A DNA stretch of 62,958 nt, filler included, from 6 parts of 6 records of this genome joined end to end with filler, not necessarily neighbours in it; one strand, 5' to 3'. Positions 19,481 through 29,940 are shown, counted from the first letter of the whole stretch. Numbers and translations: made by a program. Notes: generated from the sequence alone by a model not told the origin.

Positions 19481-20293
19481 ATGAGCAAATTGCATATCAA
19501 ACCCAAGGGACGCCTTGGGAAGGTGTTTGATGTAACGCCCGAAACTGCAGGATGGTCCTATGTGGGCTTTGGGCTTTATCACTTAAAAGCCGGGGACAAG
19601 GTGGCCGAACAAACCGCGGGCAATGAAGCCATTCTTGTTGTGGTTGAAGGCAAGGTTTCTCTGAAAGCTTGTGGGCAGGATTTTGGCGAAATGGGGGATC
19701 GGATGTCGGTGTTTGAACGCATGCCGCCGCACGCGCTTTATGTGCCCCAAAACGAGGAGTGGAGCGCAGTCGCAAGCACAGATTGCGTGCTGGCTATATG
19801 CACCGCGCCGGGCACCGGCACCTATCCTGCCACCCGCTTGGGCCCCGAGGGGATCGATACCATGCCGCGCGGCGCTGGGGCCAATACCCGCTATGTGAAC
19901 AATATTGCCATGGAAGGGCGCGATGTGGCCAGCAGCCTTTTGGTGACCGAAGTCTTCACGCCGCAGGGCAATTGGTCATCTTACCCCTCGCATCGCCATG
20001 ATGTCGATAATTTTCCTGAAATCACCTATCTTGAGGAAACCTATTATCACCGGTTAAACCCGTCTCAGGGGTTTGGCGTGCAGCGCGTTTATACCGAAGA
20101 TGGCAGTTTAGACGAAACCATGGCGGTAAAAGATGGGGATGTGGTTTTGGTGCCCAAAGGCCACCATCCTTGCGGCGCGCCCTATGGCTATGAGATGTAT
20201 TACCTAAATGTGATGGCGGGCCCGCTGCGCAAGTGGCGTTTTCAAAATGATCCGGATCATGATTGGATTTATCAGCGCGATTCGGCGAAATAG
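19481..20293 (+). CDS. iolB: 5-deoxy-glucuronate isomerase
   Basis: GNWSSYPSHRHD, LEETYYHR, YYLNVMAGP. Confidence 0.95.
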   Translation: MSKLHIKPKGRLGKVFDVTPETAGWSYVGFGLYHLKAGDKVAEQTAGNEAILVVVEGKVSLKACGQDFGEMGDRMSVFERMPPHALYVPQNEEWSAVASTDCVLAICTAPGTGTYPATRLGPEGIDTMPRGAGANTRYVNNIAMEGRDVASSLLVTEVFTPQGNWSSYPSHRHDVDNFPEITYLEETYYHRLNPSQGFGVQRVYTEDGSLDETMAVKDGDVVLVPKGHHPCGAPYGYEMYYLNVMAGPLRKWRFQNDPDHDWIYQRDSAK

Positions 20294-20302
20294 GAAGCTT
20301 AT

Positions 20303-21472
20303 ATGTCTGCTCAAATACCTCAGAAATTCGGATCTATGCCCCGCCGTTTGCGTTTGGGCATGGTGGGCGGCGGCGCGGGCCTTATCGGGGAGGTGCATGC
20401 CAATGGAGCCCGGCTGTCAAACCGTTGGGAGCTGGTTGCCGGGGCGCTTTCATCCAACGCAGAGCGCGCAAAAGCCGCTGGTAAGGCGTGGTTTTTGGCA
20501 GCAGATCGCTGTTATGAAAGCTACCAAGAGATGGCGCGCGCAGAAGCGCAACGCGCAGATGGCATTGATGCTGTGGCGATCGTAACGCCCAACCATTTGC
20601 ACGCACCCGTGGCGTTGGAATTCATGGCGCGGGGCATCGATGTGATCAGTGATAAGCCCGTAACCGCGCGGCTCGATGAGCTGGGGCCCTTGGTCGCCGC
20701 ACAAGAAAAGTCAAAAGTGTTTTTCGGGGTGACTTATGCCTATGCCAGCCACCCTATGCTGCGCCAAGCGCGCGAGATGGTGCGGGCGGGTGAGCTGGGC
20801 GAGTTGCGACAAATTCACGTAGAATATTTTCAGGATTGGGCGATAGATTTAACCGATCAGGCGGGGGATATCCCCTGGCGCTTGGATCCGGCGCAAACGG
20901 GCAGCAGTTTTACGGTTGCCGATATCGGCACCCATGCCGAGCATTTGGCCTGCTTTGCCAGCGGCCTGCAGATCGAAGCGCTGCGCGCTGATTTTCATGT
21001 GACCGGCGCGGCAAAGCCGCTGGAAGATACTGCCTTTATGCAATTGCGCTTTGAAGGCGGCGTTCCGGGAACTTTGATGGTCAGCCAAGCGATGGCGGGC
21101 AGCCAATGCGGGTTGCGCTTGCGTCTTTGCGGATCAAAGGCCAGCCTTGACTGGTGTCAGGAAATCCCTGAAAGCTTGTGCTACCGGGCGGTTGGTCAGC
21201 CAGAAAAAATATTAACCCGCGGCCATGGGGCAGGCATTTATCCGGCCGTTGAAAACCTGCTGCGCATGCCGCGTGGGCACCCCGAAGCGCTGAGCGATGC
21301 TTGGGCCAATTTATATTTGGAATTTGCGATTGCAATTGATGCGCGTCGCCGCGGTGTGACCTTGCCGGAAAACCTGATTGCGCCGCCAAGTTTATTGGAT
21401 GGCAAACGCGGTATGGAATTTGTGGAAGCCGCCGTGCACTCGGCTCAAACCGGCGCTTGGGTTTCTTTTTAG
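20303..21472 (+). CDS. Gfo/Idh/MocA oxidoreductase
   Basis: GMVGGG, TPNHLH, SDKP, DIGTH, PRGHPEA. Confidence 0.88.
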   Translation: MSAQIPQKFGSMPRRLRLGMVGGGAGLIGEVHANGARLSNRWELVAGALSSNAERAKAAGKAWFLAADRCYESYQEMARAEAQRADGIDAVAIVTPNHLHAPVALEFMARGIDVISDKPVTARLDELGPLVAAQEKSKVFFGVTYAYASHPMLRQAREMVRAGELGELRQIHVEYFQDWAIDLTDQAGDIPWRLDPAQTGSSFTVADIGTHAEHLACFASGLQIEALRADFHVTGAAKPLEDTAFMQLRFEGGVPGTLMVSQAMAGSQCGLRLRLCGSKASLDWCQEIPESLCYRAVGQPEKILTRGHGAGIYPAVENLLRMPRGHPEALSDAWANLYLEFAIAIDARRRGVTLPENLIAPPSLLDGKRGMEFVEAAVHSAQTGAWVSF

Positions 21473-21524
21473 GCTTTGAGCAGCGCCCGCTATTGCGTGC
21501 TTTTGCGGCTGCCCTCATGGTGCA

Positions 21525-22427
21525 TCATTCGGCGGCTTCAATCAGCCACTCGCGGGTCAGCGCTGCCTTTTCTGAAAGGGGGCGTAAGTTGGACCAGACC
21601 AGATAAAACCCCATGCCTGTATGCCAGGCCCATTCTGAGTGCGCTTCCAACAGATCGGCGTTGATCAATGCCCGCGTAACGTGTCGCCAGCCAAAGGCAA
21701 AGCCTTCGCCGGCCATCGCTGCTTGCAGCACCAAAGCATAATCATTCAAACGTAACCCGCCGGTTAATGTTGGAATTTGGATATTGAAGGCGGCAAAATA
21801 TTGCGCCCAACCGGGCCGTTCACGGATCGGCTCTTCTAGGTGAATAAGCGGTTGCATGGCCAGCTCTGAAAGGCGTTTCAGGGGCTGAGCCGCCTGCATC
21901 ACGCTGGGGGCTGCAATTGGGAAAATAACTTCCTGCGCCAGCAAATAGCTGCTGCAACCAGCCCAGTTTCCATTGCCACGGCGTATCGCCAGACTGATCC
22001 CTTCCCCATCGATATCGGGCTCGCGATCCGAGGTTTGCAAGCGTAGATCGATCAACGGATGGGCCTGATGAAACGCACTAAGCTGGGGTACCATCCAATA
22101 ATTTGCAAAAGCGGTTGAGGCGCTCAGCGTCACGTAATTGCGTTGACCTTGGGCGCTTAGATTGCGCGCACTCTCTAAAATACGCTCAAATCCGGCAGCG
22201 ACATCACGAAACAAATGTTCGCCCGCGGGGGTCAATGTGACCTGCCGATGCTGTCGGTGAAATAAGGTGACGCCTAAGGCCGCCTCAAGTTGCCGGATCG
22301 CGGTGCTAATCGCAGGTTGAGAGACGTTCAGCTCAGATCCGGCCTTGGTAAATGATCGACAACGCGCGGCGGATTCAAACACCAGTAAATGGCGGGGTGA
22401 GGCGGTAAGTTTCCAGAGTTCTTGCAT
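21525..22427 (-). CDS. LysR-family regulator (GcvA-like)
   Basis: HTH SFTKAGSELNVSQPAIS...LE...LF; LysR substrate-binding domain. Confidence 0.93.
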   Translation of the reverse strand: MQELWKLTASPRHLLVFESAARCRSFTKAGSELNVSQPAISTAIRQLEAALGVTLFHRQHRQVTLTPAGEHLFRDVAAGFERILESARNLSAQGQRNYVTLSASTAFANYWMVPQLSAFHQAHPLIDLRLQTSDREPDIDGEGISLAIRRGNGNWAGCSSYLLAQEVIFPIAAPSVMQAAQPLKRLSELAMQPLIHLEEPIRERPGWAQYFAAFNIQIPTLTGGLRLNDYALVLQAAMAGEGFAFGWRHVTRALINADLLEAHSEWAWHTGMGFYLVWSNLRPLSEKAALTREWLIEAAE

Positions 22428-22440
22428 AAATTCAAATTAT
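22426..22440. promoter_or_regulatory. LysR recognition site
   Basis: ATAA-N7-TTAT (T-N11-A) overlapping the LysR start codon. Confidence 0.6.
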
Positions 22441-22519
22441 CCAAATCATTACATTTTTCAACCATCACAGTGCCTCTTTTTAATTCTATATTTCTTGAAG
22501 CTATATGAAGGATCGCAGA

Positions 22520-22711
22520 ATGGCCCGCCGCACCCGTCTTAAGAACCGGCGTGATGACGCCGCTACCGCGTCGGTTACGGCAGCCTATGTGAAACGGGAT
22601 TTGCCGTTTTTTGATCCCTTAAATCCGGATGTGGTGGCCGGCTTAGAAACCCAGGTGGATTGGATCTTGCAAGAGGTGGGGATTGCGTTTCGCGATGATC
22701 CCAAGGCGCTT
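22520..22711 (+). CDS. Trimethylamine methyltransferase (MttB/MtgB) family protein, N-terminus only
   Basis: Arg-rich N-terminus and ILQEVGIAFRDD..AL typical of alphaproteobacterial MttB-family proteins. Confidence 0.75.
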
Positions 22712-22811
22712 NNNNNNNNNNNNNNNNNNNNNNNNNNNNNNNNNNNNNNNNNNNNTTAATTAATTAANNNNNNNNNNNNNNNNNNNNNNNNNNNNNNNNN
22801 NNNNNNNNNNN
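22712..22811. other. Artificial contig linker
   Basis: N run with TTAATTAATTAA. Confidence 0.99.
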
Positions 22812-23408
22812 TGTGCCTGTGTCTTCGTAAAAGCTGATGTCTCCGTTTGGGTCAAATCTAGCTCTTGCTAAAGGTGTTCCAGTACCTCCTGTTTTAATGT
22901 AAACATTTCCGTTACTTGAATTATTTGTGCCTATAATATTAAGAGCTTGATTACTTCCATCTGTAGTTAAACTAGCATCAAAAGCAGAGCTGCTATCTAT
23001 AGATAAAGTTGTGTCAGAGCCACTACCAAAAGTTGTATTCTGACTAGCATTTATCGTAATAGCATCTGTTCCTGCTGTTACAAACTTTAATATGTCTGTG
23101 CCACCTCTATAGATACCAGTGTTAGTGTCGCTAGTGAACTTGATAGATGGAGCGGAAACTGTGCCATCAGATACACCTATTGTCACACCTGAACTTGCAC
23201 CTATAGTTGCACCATCTATAGTACCGCCATTAATGTCAGGCGATGTCATTGCATCAGTGCCAACTTCCTGCTTCTTCAGCAAACTTGCCATCTCTCTAAT
23301 AGCATTATTGATGCCTGAAGGTGGACATCCTTCCGCCACATTTACAGAATTTATGTCTGTATTATTTGAAGCTACTGCGTCAAATTCTGAGACTTTTGTT
23401 TTCGCCAT
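22812..23408 (-). CDS. Phage tail fibre, N-terminal part
   Basis: EGCPPSGINNAIRE anchor, GTVSAPSIKFTSDTNTGIY, GDISFYEDTG. Confidence 0.78.
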
Positions 23409-23411
23409 TAT

Positions 23412-24965
23412 CTATCTCCTATTCATTCCGAAAAAATTTGCATCCTCTGCGTTTGAGCCTAATAGACCGCCATATGCAGGCGACCCTCTTCCAATAGCAG
23501 GGGCAAGTAATCGTGTAGTGAAATCTCTAACCGCAGGAACACCTAAACGACTATATGCAGGAACAGTTAAACCTGAGCCTATACCGACTGATATTGGGTC
23601 TATAGCTAAACCACCACCTAAAGCAAAACTACCTAACATAGATCTATCTGCTGTACCTGAGTTTGGTAGCCTTTGTTTTATTGTCTCTTGTCCTGCTCTT
23701 ACTAGTGGTTGCATATCTGCTTTGCCTCTAGCAAAATCTTTGTTTCGCAAAGATGTATCAGCCTTTTTAATATTTCTTAAAATTTGATCGGCAGTAAATT
23801 CACCACCCTCACTTTGTATTACAGTTCTTTCAACTGGTAACAATCTTTTAAAAGACTTATCTATTGCATCTAACTTTGCTTTTTGCGTTGGATTAGTATC
23901 TTTTAAAATTTCAATTAAACTTTTTTCAACATTCTTATAAGAGCCAATTAAATCATCGCTGAACAATGTGGGCTGTGATGCACCTATCTTTCTAGCTTTA
24001 GTTCTAAGCTGAGAAATAGCTGTTTTATATGCTTGCCCTGATATATTGCCATCTGCATCAAATTTTGAATAAATTATTTTTTCTAAATCTTTGAAAAATA
24101 CTTTTTCTAAATTATCGTCTAATGTTTCTGCTGAATTATAAATTGCATCATCTATTTTAGATTGCACTGACTGTCTATTAGGCAACTTAAGTGTAGGCAC
24201 AACATCTTCATATGCTTTGGAAACAACTGTCTCTACAGCATCATATAATTCATTTCCAGTCTTGCCTTTTACAACTTCTTTAGGATTTACACCTAATGTC
24301 TTTAGTGGCTCTAAAACTTCTTCATAGACAGTTCTATCAAATGCCTGCTTAGATCTTTTTTTAGCATTTGAGATAGCTGACCCAACAAAAGGCACTGAGG
24401 TCATTGCCTCTTCAACCCTTTTTAAGCCACCACCTACAGCATCACCTACTGTAACTGGCACTCCCCTTTTAATTAATTCTTTTGCACTTTCAGTCGCATA
24501 TGGAGCAACCTTTTGTAATGTGCCACCAGTCAATCCGCCAACTGTTGTACCAATTGTTCTGTCTAATGGATCATCGCTGTCTGTTGCAAATCCACCATAA
24601 AATCCACCCATAAGTCCTGCACTTTTTACAGCATCCAATCCTTTTTTAGCTAATCTTGCACCACCAAATACTGCTGTTGGAATACTGCCTGCAATCTCAG
24701 ATCCATAAGCATATAATGGCTCTTGCTCCCTAAATGATTTAAGATCACTTCTTATAGCATTTACTGTTTCATTATAAGCTGTGTTGAAATCTTTACCTTC
24801 AGCAAACTTAGCATACAAACCCTTAGCTACCCCTGCCATTTCGTCAAAAGATCCCATTGATAGACCCTGCAAAGCAGATTGAGTAATGCCAGTTAACTTG
24901 CCAACCTTATTTTGAGTAGGTTGCGAAACAACTGAGTTTTCACCTAATAATCTAGCCTTGCCCAT
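23412..24965 (-). CDS. Putative DNA-transfer/ejection (internal virion) protein
   Basis: QGLSMGSFDE, Gly/Ala-rich hydrophobic segments, PNSGTADR; position before the fibre gene. Confidence 0.6.
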   Translation of the reverse strand: MGKARLLGENSVVSQPTQNKVGKLTGITQSALQGLSMGSFDEMAGVAKGLYAKFAEGKDFNTAYNETVNAIRSDLKSFREQEPLYAYGSEIAGSIPTAVFGGARLAKKGLDAVKSAGLMGGFYGGFATDSDDPLDRTIGTTVGGLTGGTLQKVAPYATESAKELIKRGVPVTVGDAVGGGLKRVEEAMTSVPFVGSAISNAKKRSKQAFDRTVYEEVLEPLKTLGVNPKEVVKGKTGNELYDAVETVVSKAYEDVVPTLKLPNRQSVQSKIDDAIYNSAETLDDNLEKVFFKDLEKIIYSKFDADGNISGQAYKTAISQLRTKARKIGASQPTLFSDDLIGSYKNVEKSLIEILKDTNPTQKAKLDAIDKSFKRLLPVERTVIQSEGGEFTADQILRNIKKADTSLRNKDFARGKADMQPLVRAGQETIKQRLPNSGTADRSMLGSFALGGGLAIDPISVGIGSGLTVPAYSRLGVPAVRDFTTRLLAPAIGRGSPAYGGLLGSNAEDANFFGMNRR

Positions 24966-26071
24966 TATTCAATAACTCCAATTTGCCCATTTACCTCAAA
25001 AAATTGACCATCTTTTAATTTTTCTTCCGCTTCTTCTATTGAAGACACTTTGATTGGATTTAAAAAAGTTCCTGCTTTTGGAAGCAAAGATGTGAAGACA
25101 TTTTCTTGATTAAGGTTGTTTCTTTGTGAATATCCTAAATATTCTTTTTCAAGATCTTTTTGTGTTTGTATCTGTCCTTGCACCAAAGATTTAGAAGCAT
25201 CTAATATGTCTTTTCTGACTTGTGGATCGAATTTTTGACCAGTAAGTAACTTGTTATAGAAATTTCTAATGTAAGCAGGAACACCACCCGCATTTTCAGT
25301 TTGTGCTTGCTCACCTTCTCTAACAACAGATCTTGGATCTAGTGCTTTCATATAACTAAATACTAAAGCTATATCAGAAGCACCAGTTGGGTTTTTCTTG
25401 CTTGCGAAAGCATATGCTTTATTAAAGTTAGTTATTGTTTCTCTAAAAGGCTTTGCTAGTGCTGTAAATTCCTTACGCAAATCTTTTTCTTGTGTAAATT
25501 GTGTCTTAGCATCTTCTTTTCTAGTTTTTTGCTGATCTAACTGCATCTTCTGAACTTCATTTAGATACTTAGCCATCTCTAATTGGTTCTTTAAAGAGTT
25601 TTGGCTTGCTTTACTTTGCCTATCTTCCTCAGCTTGCTTGCCCTTTAAATAAGATTGTATTCCAACACCAAATGCTTGACCTAATGTTGGTGCAGGCTTG
25701 CCTACCGAATAACCGCCTAACTTCATCAATTCAGAGGCAGAGTTTAAAGCACCTACAGTTCTCGGATCACTAAAAGAAGTTCCTAATAAACCAGTATTTG
25801 TACGTTCTGTCTCAGGACTGGTTAACAATGTTGGAGTGTTTTTAAATGGTGTATTTTGTATAACACCCGCATTTGTCATAGGTCTTACTGGAATATTATT
25901 TCCTGATCTCATTGTAACACCAGTGTTATAGGCTGTATTGTTACCAATCTGAGGGAGTGCAGTTACCTTTACTGGACTTTGCATATAGGATGCGTTTCCG
26001 CCAACCATACCTCTTCTTAATCCAGTTAAAGGATCAATATTTCCTAATAAAGCATCTATTGGTCTATTCAT
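24965..26071 (-). CDS. Putative ejection protein
   Basis: Coiled coil and DIALVFSYMKALDPRSVVREGE motif; position in the ejection cluster. Confidence 0.55.
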   Translation of the reverse strand: MNRPIDALLGNIDPLTGLRRGMVGGNASYMQSPVKVTALPQIGNNTAYNTGVTMRSGNNIPVRPMTNAGVIQNTPFKNTPTLLTSPETERTNTGLLGTSFSDPRTVGALNSASELMKLGGYSVGKPAPTLGQAFGVGIQSYLKGKQAEEDRQSKASQNSLKNQLEMAKYLNEVQKMQLDQQKTRKEDAKTQFTQEKDLRKEFTALAKPFRETITNFNKAYAFASKKNPTGASDIALVFSYMKALDPRSVVREGEQAQTENAGGVPAYIRNFYNKLLTGQKFDPQVRKDILDASKSLVQGQIQTQKDLEKEYLGYSQRNNLNQENVFTSLLPKAGTFLNPIKVSSIEEAEEKLKDGQFFEVNGQIGVIE

Positions 26072-27192
26072 TATATCAACCCTAACAATCCGCCACCGAT
26101 TGCTCCCATTCCTGCATAAGATGGATTAATTAATGATGCTAATTGTGCCCCGCCTAAAGCACCTCCTAAAGCACTAGCACCCTGATTTCTAAATACTGGC
26201 TGTATTGTGTTTGATCCGACAGTACCGCCACTAATTAAAGCCATATAGTTTCTTAGCTTCTGATCATCTATGTTTTGCTCATAGTTGAACCTATTAATAT
26301 TATCCTGCAACTGAGCCATAGCATCGCTCTCTCTTGCTGATCCAACCTGAGCAAGTCTTTGTGCATCTCTGTAATCAAGATCAGCAAAAGTAGGTGATAG
26401 TTTTGCACCTTCTAGCTGTCTTGCCATCCTTGCTGTATCCATAGCACTTAGGGCAGATCCGCCTGCAAGTCTTCTCTGTATATCAGCCTGAGATAAGTTG
26501 CCTAAAGCTCCTAAAGCACCTGACTGATTAGCAAATTGTTGTTGTGCTAAATTACCTAATTGCTGTTGTGCATTTAACTGGTTTTGTCTTTCTCGCTGAT
26601 AGTCGCCATAAGCTATATTTGATGCTACATCACCTAAAGACTTAGCTAAAACATCTTGATTAGCACCTGATCCATATCTGCCTGACATAGCAAATTGTGA
26701 TTGTATTTTATCTTTTACTGGATCTATAGCTCTATCGATAGCACCCTGCAAATAAGGATTGCTACCTAACATATCACCTCTTGCGGTGGCTCTTGTGTAG
26801 TCTAGAACCTCATCAAAATTAGCACCACCTAACATATTTCTAGCCATTGGCATTGCTTCGTTTTGGTATCCGCCAGTCGATGCTCTTTGGAATATGTTTG
26901 AGCCTAATCCTAAACCGCCACCAGTTTGAGCAATATTCCCAATATAATTTTGTGCATTATTAACAAGAGAGCTACCCGCTAAGGCTCTGTCTCTTGTCAT
27001 ATTAAGAGCCAATTCACTTTCAGGACTAAATCCTACAGTTGTTGAAAATGGATAATATGAAGGCATTTCAGAAGTGTATCTGTCTTTAGCCTGAGCTAAT
27101 CCATACTCTAAAAAGGGTTTTGCGTACTCAGGTGGTTCAACTGTTGTATTGACTGTACCTGAAGATCCGCCTCCGCCACCACCTTTTGACAT
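26071..27192 (-). CDS. Putative ejection protein (P22 gp7-like position) with N-terminal KGGGGGG
   Basis: MSKGGGGGGSS start, NPYL motif, Gln/Ala helices, Gly-rich hydrophobic C-terminus. Confidence 0.65.
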   Translation of the reverse strand: MSKGGGGGGSSGTVNTTVEPPEYAKPFLEYGLAQAKDRYTSEMPSYYPFSTTVGFSPESELALNMTRDRALAGSSLVNNAQNYIGNIAQTGGGLGLGSNIFQRASTGGYQNEAMPMARNMLGGANFDEVLDYTRATARGDMLGSNPYLQGAIDRAIDPVKDKIQSQFAMSGRYGSGANQDVLAKSLGDVASNIAYGDYQRERQNQLNAQQQLGNLAQQQFANQSGALGALGNLSQADIQRRLAGGSALSAMDTARMARQLEGAKLSPTFADLDYRDAQRLAQVGSARESDAMAQLQDNINRFNYEQNIDDQKLRNYMALISGGTVGSNTIQPVFRNQGASALGGALGGAQLASLINPSYAGMGAIGGGLLGLI

Positions 27193-27193
27193 A

Positions 27194-27586
27194 TTAATAT
27201 TCCTTTACTAAAACGATTGCAGTTGGTTCATAGTCTTTCATCACTTTTTCCCAACCCTTTCTGCCTATAATTTCAACCGCTTCACATCGGTATAATATAG
27301 ACCATTTTCTTATCTTTGGCTCTACCTCTAACAGTGTTTTAAGGTTACCTCCTGCAAGCCAAAACCGCAGTGTCCTGCGTTGAGGGTAACTGACAATCTC
27401 AGTTACAATTGCACTATCTTTTAATGCCCATAACTGAGCATCACCTCTTTTGACGATATCTATAACTTGTTCGAAAGTATGACTATTGTGAGCATACCTA
27501 AGAGCATCAGTAATCCATTTTCTGCACCGATTAGCATTAGCCGAAAACGATATATGCGTAGGATCTAGTGGTCGTAGCACTTGCAT
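27194..27586 (-). CDS. GNAT-like phage protein (P22 gp14 / T7 gp13-like position); start uncertain
   Basis: QLW, AIVTEI, LAGG and GRKGW motifs; lies directly before the ejection genes. Confidence 0.6.
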   Translation of the reverse strand: MQVLRPLDPTHISFSANANRCRKWITDALRYAHNSHTFEQVIDIVKRGDAQLWALKDSAIVTEIVSYPQRRTLRFWLAGGNLKTLLEVEPKIRKWSILYRCEAVEIIGRKGWEKVMKDYEPTAIVLVKEY

Positions 27587-27836
27587 GATTTAATGTCGCC
27601 TGCCCCTTTTGCCTGCCAGTTACATGAATATTTTCTGTAGAGGCATCGCTAGTTGTTGGCATGAATAAAATGACACTGTCATCACCTATTCGTGCATCGT
27701 ATAAAGTTGTCGTGGCTGAACTATTTGTAAGAGTTATATTGCCAGTAGAATTGATCTTCCCGTTTAATATATTGTTGACGACATTCGATATCTCTCGAGG
27801 TGTTCCGCCATTTATGGGTAAGTTTAAATAACTCAT
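27537..27836 (-). CDS. Small phage tail-associated protein
   Basis: Coupled to the tail gene; LNGKINSTG motif; beta-rich. Confidence 0.65.
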   Translation of the reverse strand: MSYLNLPINGGTPREISNVVNNILNGKINSTGNITLTNSSATTTLYDARIGDDSVILFMPTTSDASTENIHVTGRQKGQATLNHASATTTRSYAYIVFG

Positions 27837-29317
27837 CGCCTACCTAAAACCTGAATGTCTAATTCATAACCTGATATTTTTTCAAATGCCCCATTAAAAG
27901 CATTGTCTATATCAAACTGTATCGTATGAAACCTTCCATTAGATCTTGTTGGTATAAAGCCCTCATTGTTTAATGAACCCGCTGTACCATCTGTAAAAGG
28001 ATCTTCAATAGCTATTAAGTTTACTCCTGAACTATCTATGCCATTTGCCATAGTGTTTCTTGACTTTAATGTGACAGTGATAGTGCCACCATCAAAGTAA
28101 GGATAAATACGATTTATGTTTGTAAGCCTGCCAGTCGCAAACTCTTTTTCTCCTAATACAAGTTGTGCAGGAAGAGATACTCCTTCAGTGAAGAAAGCTA
28201 TTGCATTATCTTTAGCACCACCAAAAACAAATTGACCACCTCTAAAGGCTCTACTATCTAAAGAAAATGTAAGGTCGTCTATTGATGAATTTACATTGTC
28301 TAAGGCTTCCAATGTGTATGCAGGAGTTTGGAAACTGCCCAACATATCATGCGTAACTTCGGCAAAAGACCATCTTTTAACAGCATAATTGTAGAATAAT
28401 ATTCTATCAGGGTTTCCATCACCAGTTGGATAGCCCCACGCAACTATACTTCTTGTGGGGTCTATACTTGCTGTAATTCTATCGGCATTTGATATCTTCA
28501 AATCATCATAAAAAAACCTATTTACCTTCTCAGCACCGATTGGAATACTTTGCTGACCATTCCAAAAGTAAAAACCATCTTCAGCTAAATAAAATATTTC
28601 TGACGGGCTAAGACTTGCGTATGCACCTTCAAAAGCTAGACCTCTCTCAGTTTCTACAGTGTCAAACTGAAATATTAATGGACTGCCGACATATGTCATT
28701 CTGACTATGGCATTATCCATAAATATAATACCATATTCACCGCCCACTAAGCCTTTAACATGACCCTGATCAGGTATTTCCTGAAAATCTGACTGATTAG
28801 TTCCTGCTGTCCAACTTGTCTCATCATTTATAGCTGACCATGTAACCCTGCTTTCACCACCTGAGTAACCAGTGACAACAAAGTCTCGAACAACCGCCAC
28901 ATATCTTGCTTGTGGGGCTGTAGCAGACAGATCAGCAAATTGAGTTCCGCCTGAGGCTATAAACTGCAATCTTTGTGACGTATCTCCTGCAACAATAATT
29001 TTATTGCCAAAGACACAAAAATTCCAATATTGATCAGTTCCTAATGAATAACCACCCGACTTTGATACGTCATCTAACTGACTGTTACTTGCATTAAAGC
29101 GATAAAGTTTGCCTGCATCTCCTGCATATAACTCCACTGATCCAGTGCTGTCCTTTTTAGAAAACAATCCTTGAATACGACTATCGCCTGCTAAAGAAAA
29201 ACTTCCTAAATTTTTAACCGCAGAATATCCAACCGCAGAAGGTATAACATTTTTTGCCACCTGAAGAGGACTTGCTATAGCCTGCTGATCAGGCAACCAT
29301 TCACCAAAATCTATCAT
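27833..29317 (-). CDS. Tail stabilization/nozzle protein (P22 gp10 / tail tubular B-like)
   Basis: FGEWLPD start, WSAIND..W, beta-propeller-like repeats, about 490 aa; ATGA overlap with the upstream gene. Confidence 0.75.
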   Translation of the reverse strand: MIDFGEWLPDQQAIASPLQVAKNVIPSAVGYSAVKNLGSFSLAGDSRIQGLFSKKDSTGSVELYAGDAGKLYRFNASNSQLDDVSKSGGYSLGTDQYWNFCVFGNKIIVAGDTSQRLQFIASGGTQFADLSATAPQARYVAVVRDFVVTGYSGGESRVTWSAINDETSWTAGTNQSDFQEIPDQGHVKGLVGGEYGIIFMDNAIVRMTYVGSPLIFQFDTVETERGLAFEGAYASLSPSEIFYLAEDGFYFWNGQQSIPIGAEKVNRFFYDDLKISNADRITASIDPTRSIVAWGYPTGDGNPDRILFYNYAVKRWSFAEVTHDMLGSFQTPAYTLEALDNVNSSIDDLTFSLDSRAFRGGQFVFGGAKDNAIAFFTEGVSLPAQLVLGEKEFATGRLTNINRIYPYFDGGTITVTLKSRNTMANGIDSSGVNLIAIEDPFTDGTAGSLNNEGFIPTRSNGRFHTIQFDIDNAFNGAFEKISGYELDIQVLGRR

Positions 29318-29940
29318 TGCCTTAACCAAACCTCACTTCCAACATTTTGAGTTGTCCATACTTCTGAGCCAATATTTTGTATTGCCCAAACCTCTGATCC
29401 TTCTTCAACCTCAACCCAATCTTCACCAATGATTTTTGCGGTAACATCAGAACTTGCCAAAGCACTGCCAGTAGCTGTCGTAAACACCTCAAAGTTAGCT
29501 GTGGCTTCCTCAGTGGCTACTGTTGTCGCACTCGCATCCATATCAGCAATTAAAATAGGTGTTGCTGTAGCTGTGCCACTTACAGATACACTTGCTGTTA
29601 CTGTCGGCAATATCCTTAAACAAGATGCCGATACTGTTGCACTGACACTTCCATTAGCAACAAGTGTTACTTCATAATTAGCAGTAGCTGATACAGTTCC
29701 AATTGATGCTGAACTTGCTGTTACCAAAAAGACTGTATTTGCAGTCGCTGTTACTGTTGAAGCAGTCGATGCACTAGCACTAGCAACTTGTATTCTTACA
29801 GCACTAGCACTTACACTGGCTGATACTGAGGCTGTCGCACTTGCCTCATGTAAAGTTAAATTGTCTAGCTGTTCTAGTGTTCCATAAACATCAAGAGCAT
29901 CAATGCTCCCCCAACTATCTAACTGTTCTAAGGTAGCCAT
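29314..29940 (-). CDS. Ala/Ser/Thr-rich structural protein
   Basis: Low-complexity core; C-terminal GSEVW repeated three times. Confidence 0.65.
   Translation of the reverse strand: MATLEQLDSWGSIDALDVYGTLEQLDNLTLHEASATASVSASVSASAVRIQVASASASTASTVTATANTVFLVTASSASIGTVSATANYEVTLVANGSVSATVSASCLRILPTVTASVSVSGTATATPILIADMDASATTVATEEATANFEVFTTATGSALASSDVTAKIIGEDWVEVEEGSEVWAIQNIGSEVWTTQNVGSEVWLRQ

Noticed and set aside
14435-21664. Many alternative-frame and antisense ORFs in the GC-rich contigs (also 49750-57600)
   Set aside because: Shadow ORFs of well-supported genes, with no motifs or RBS.
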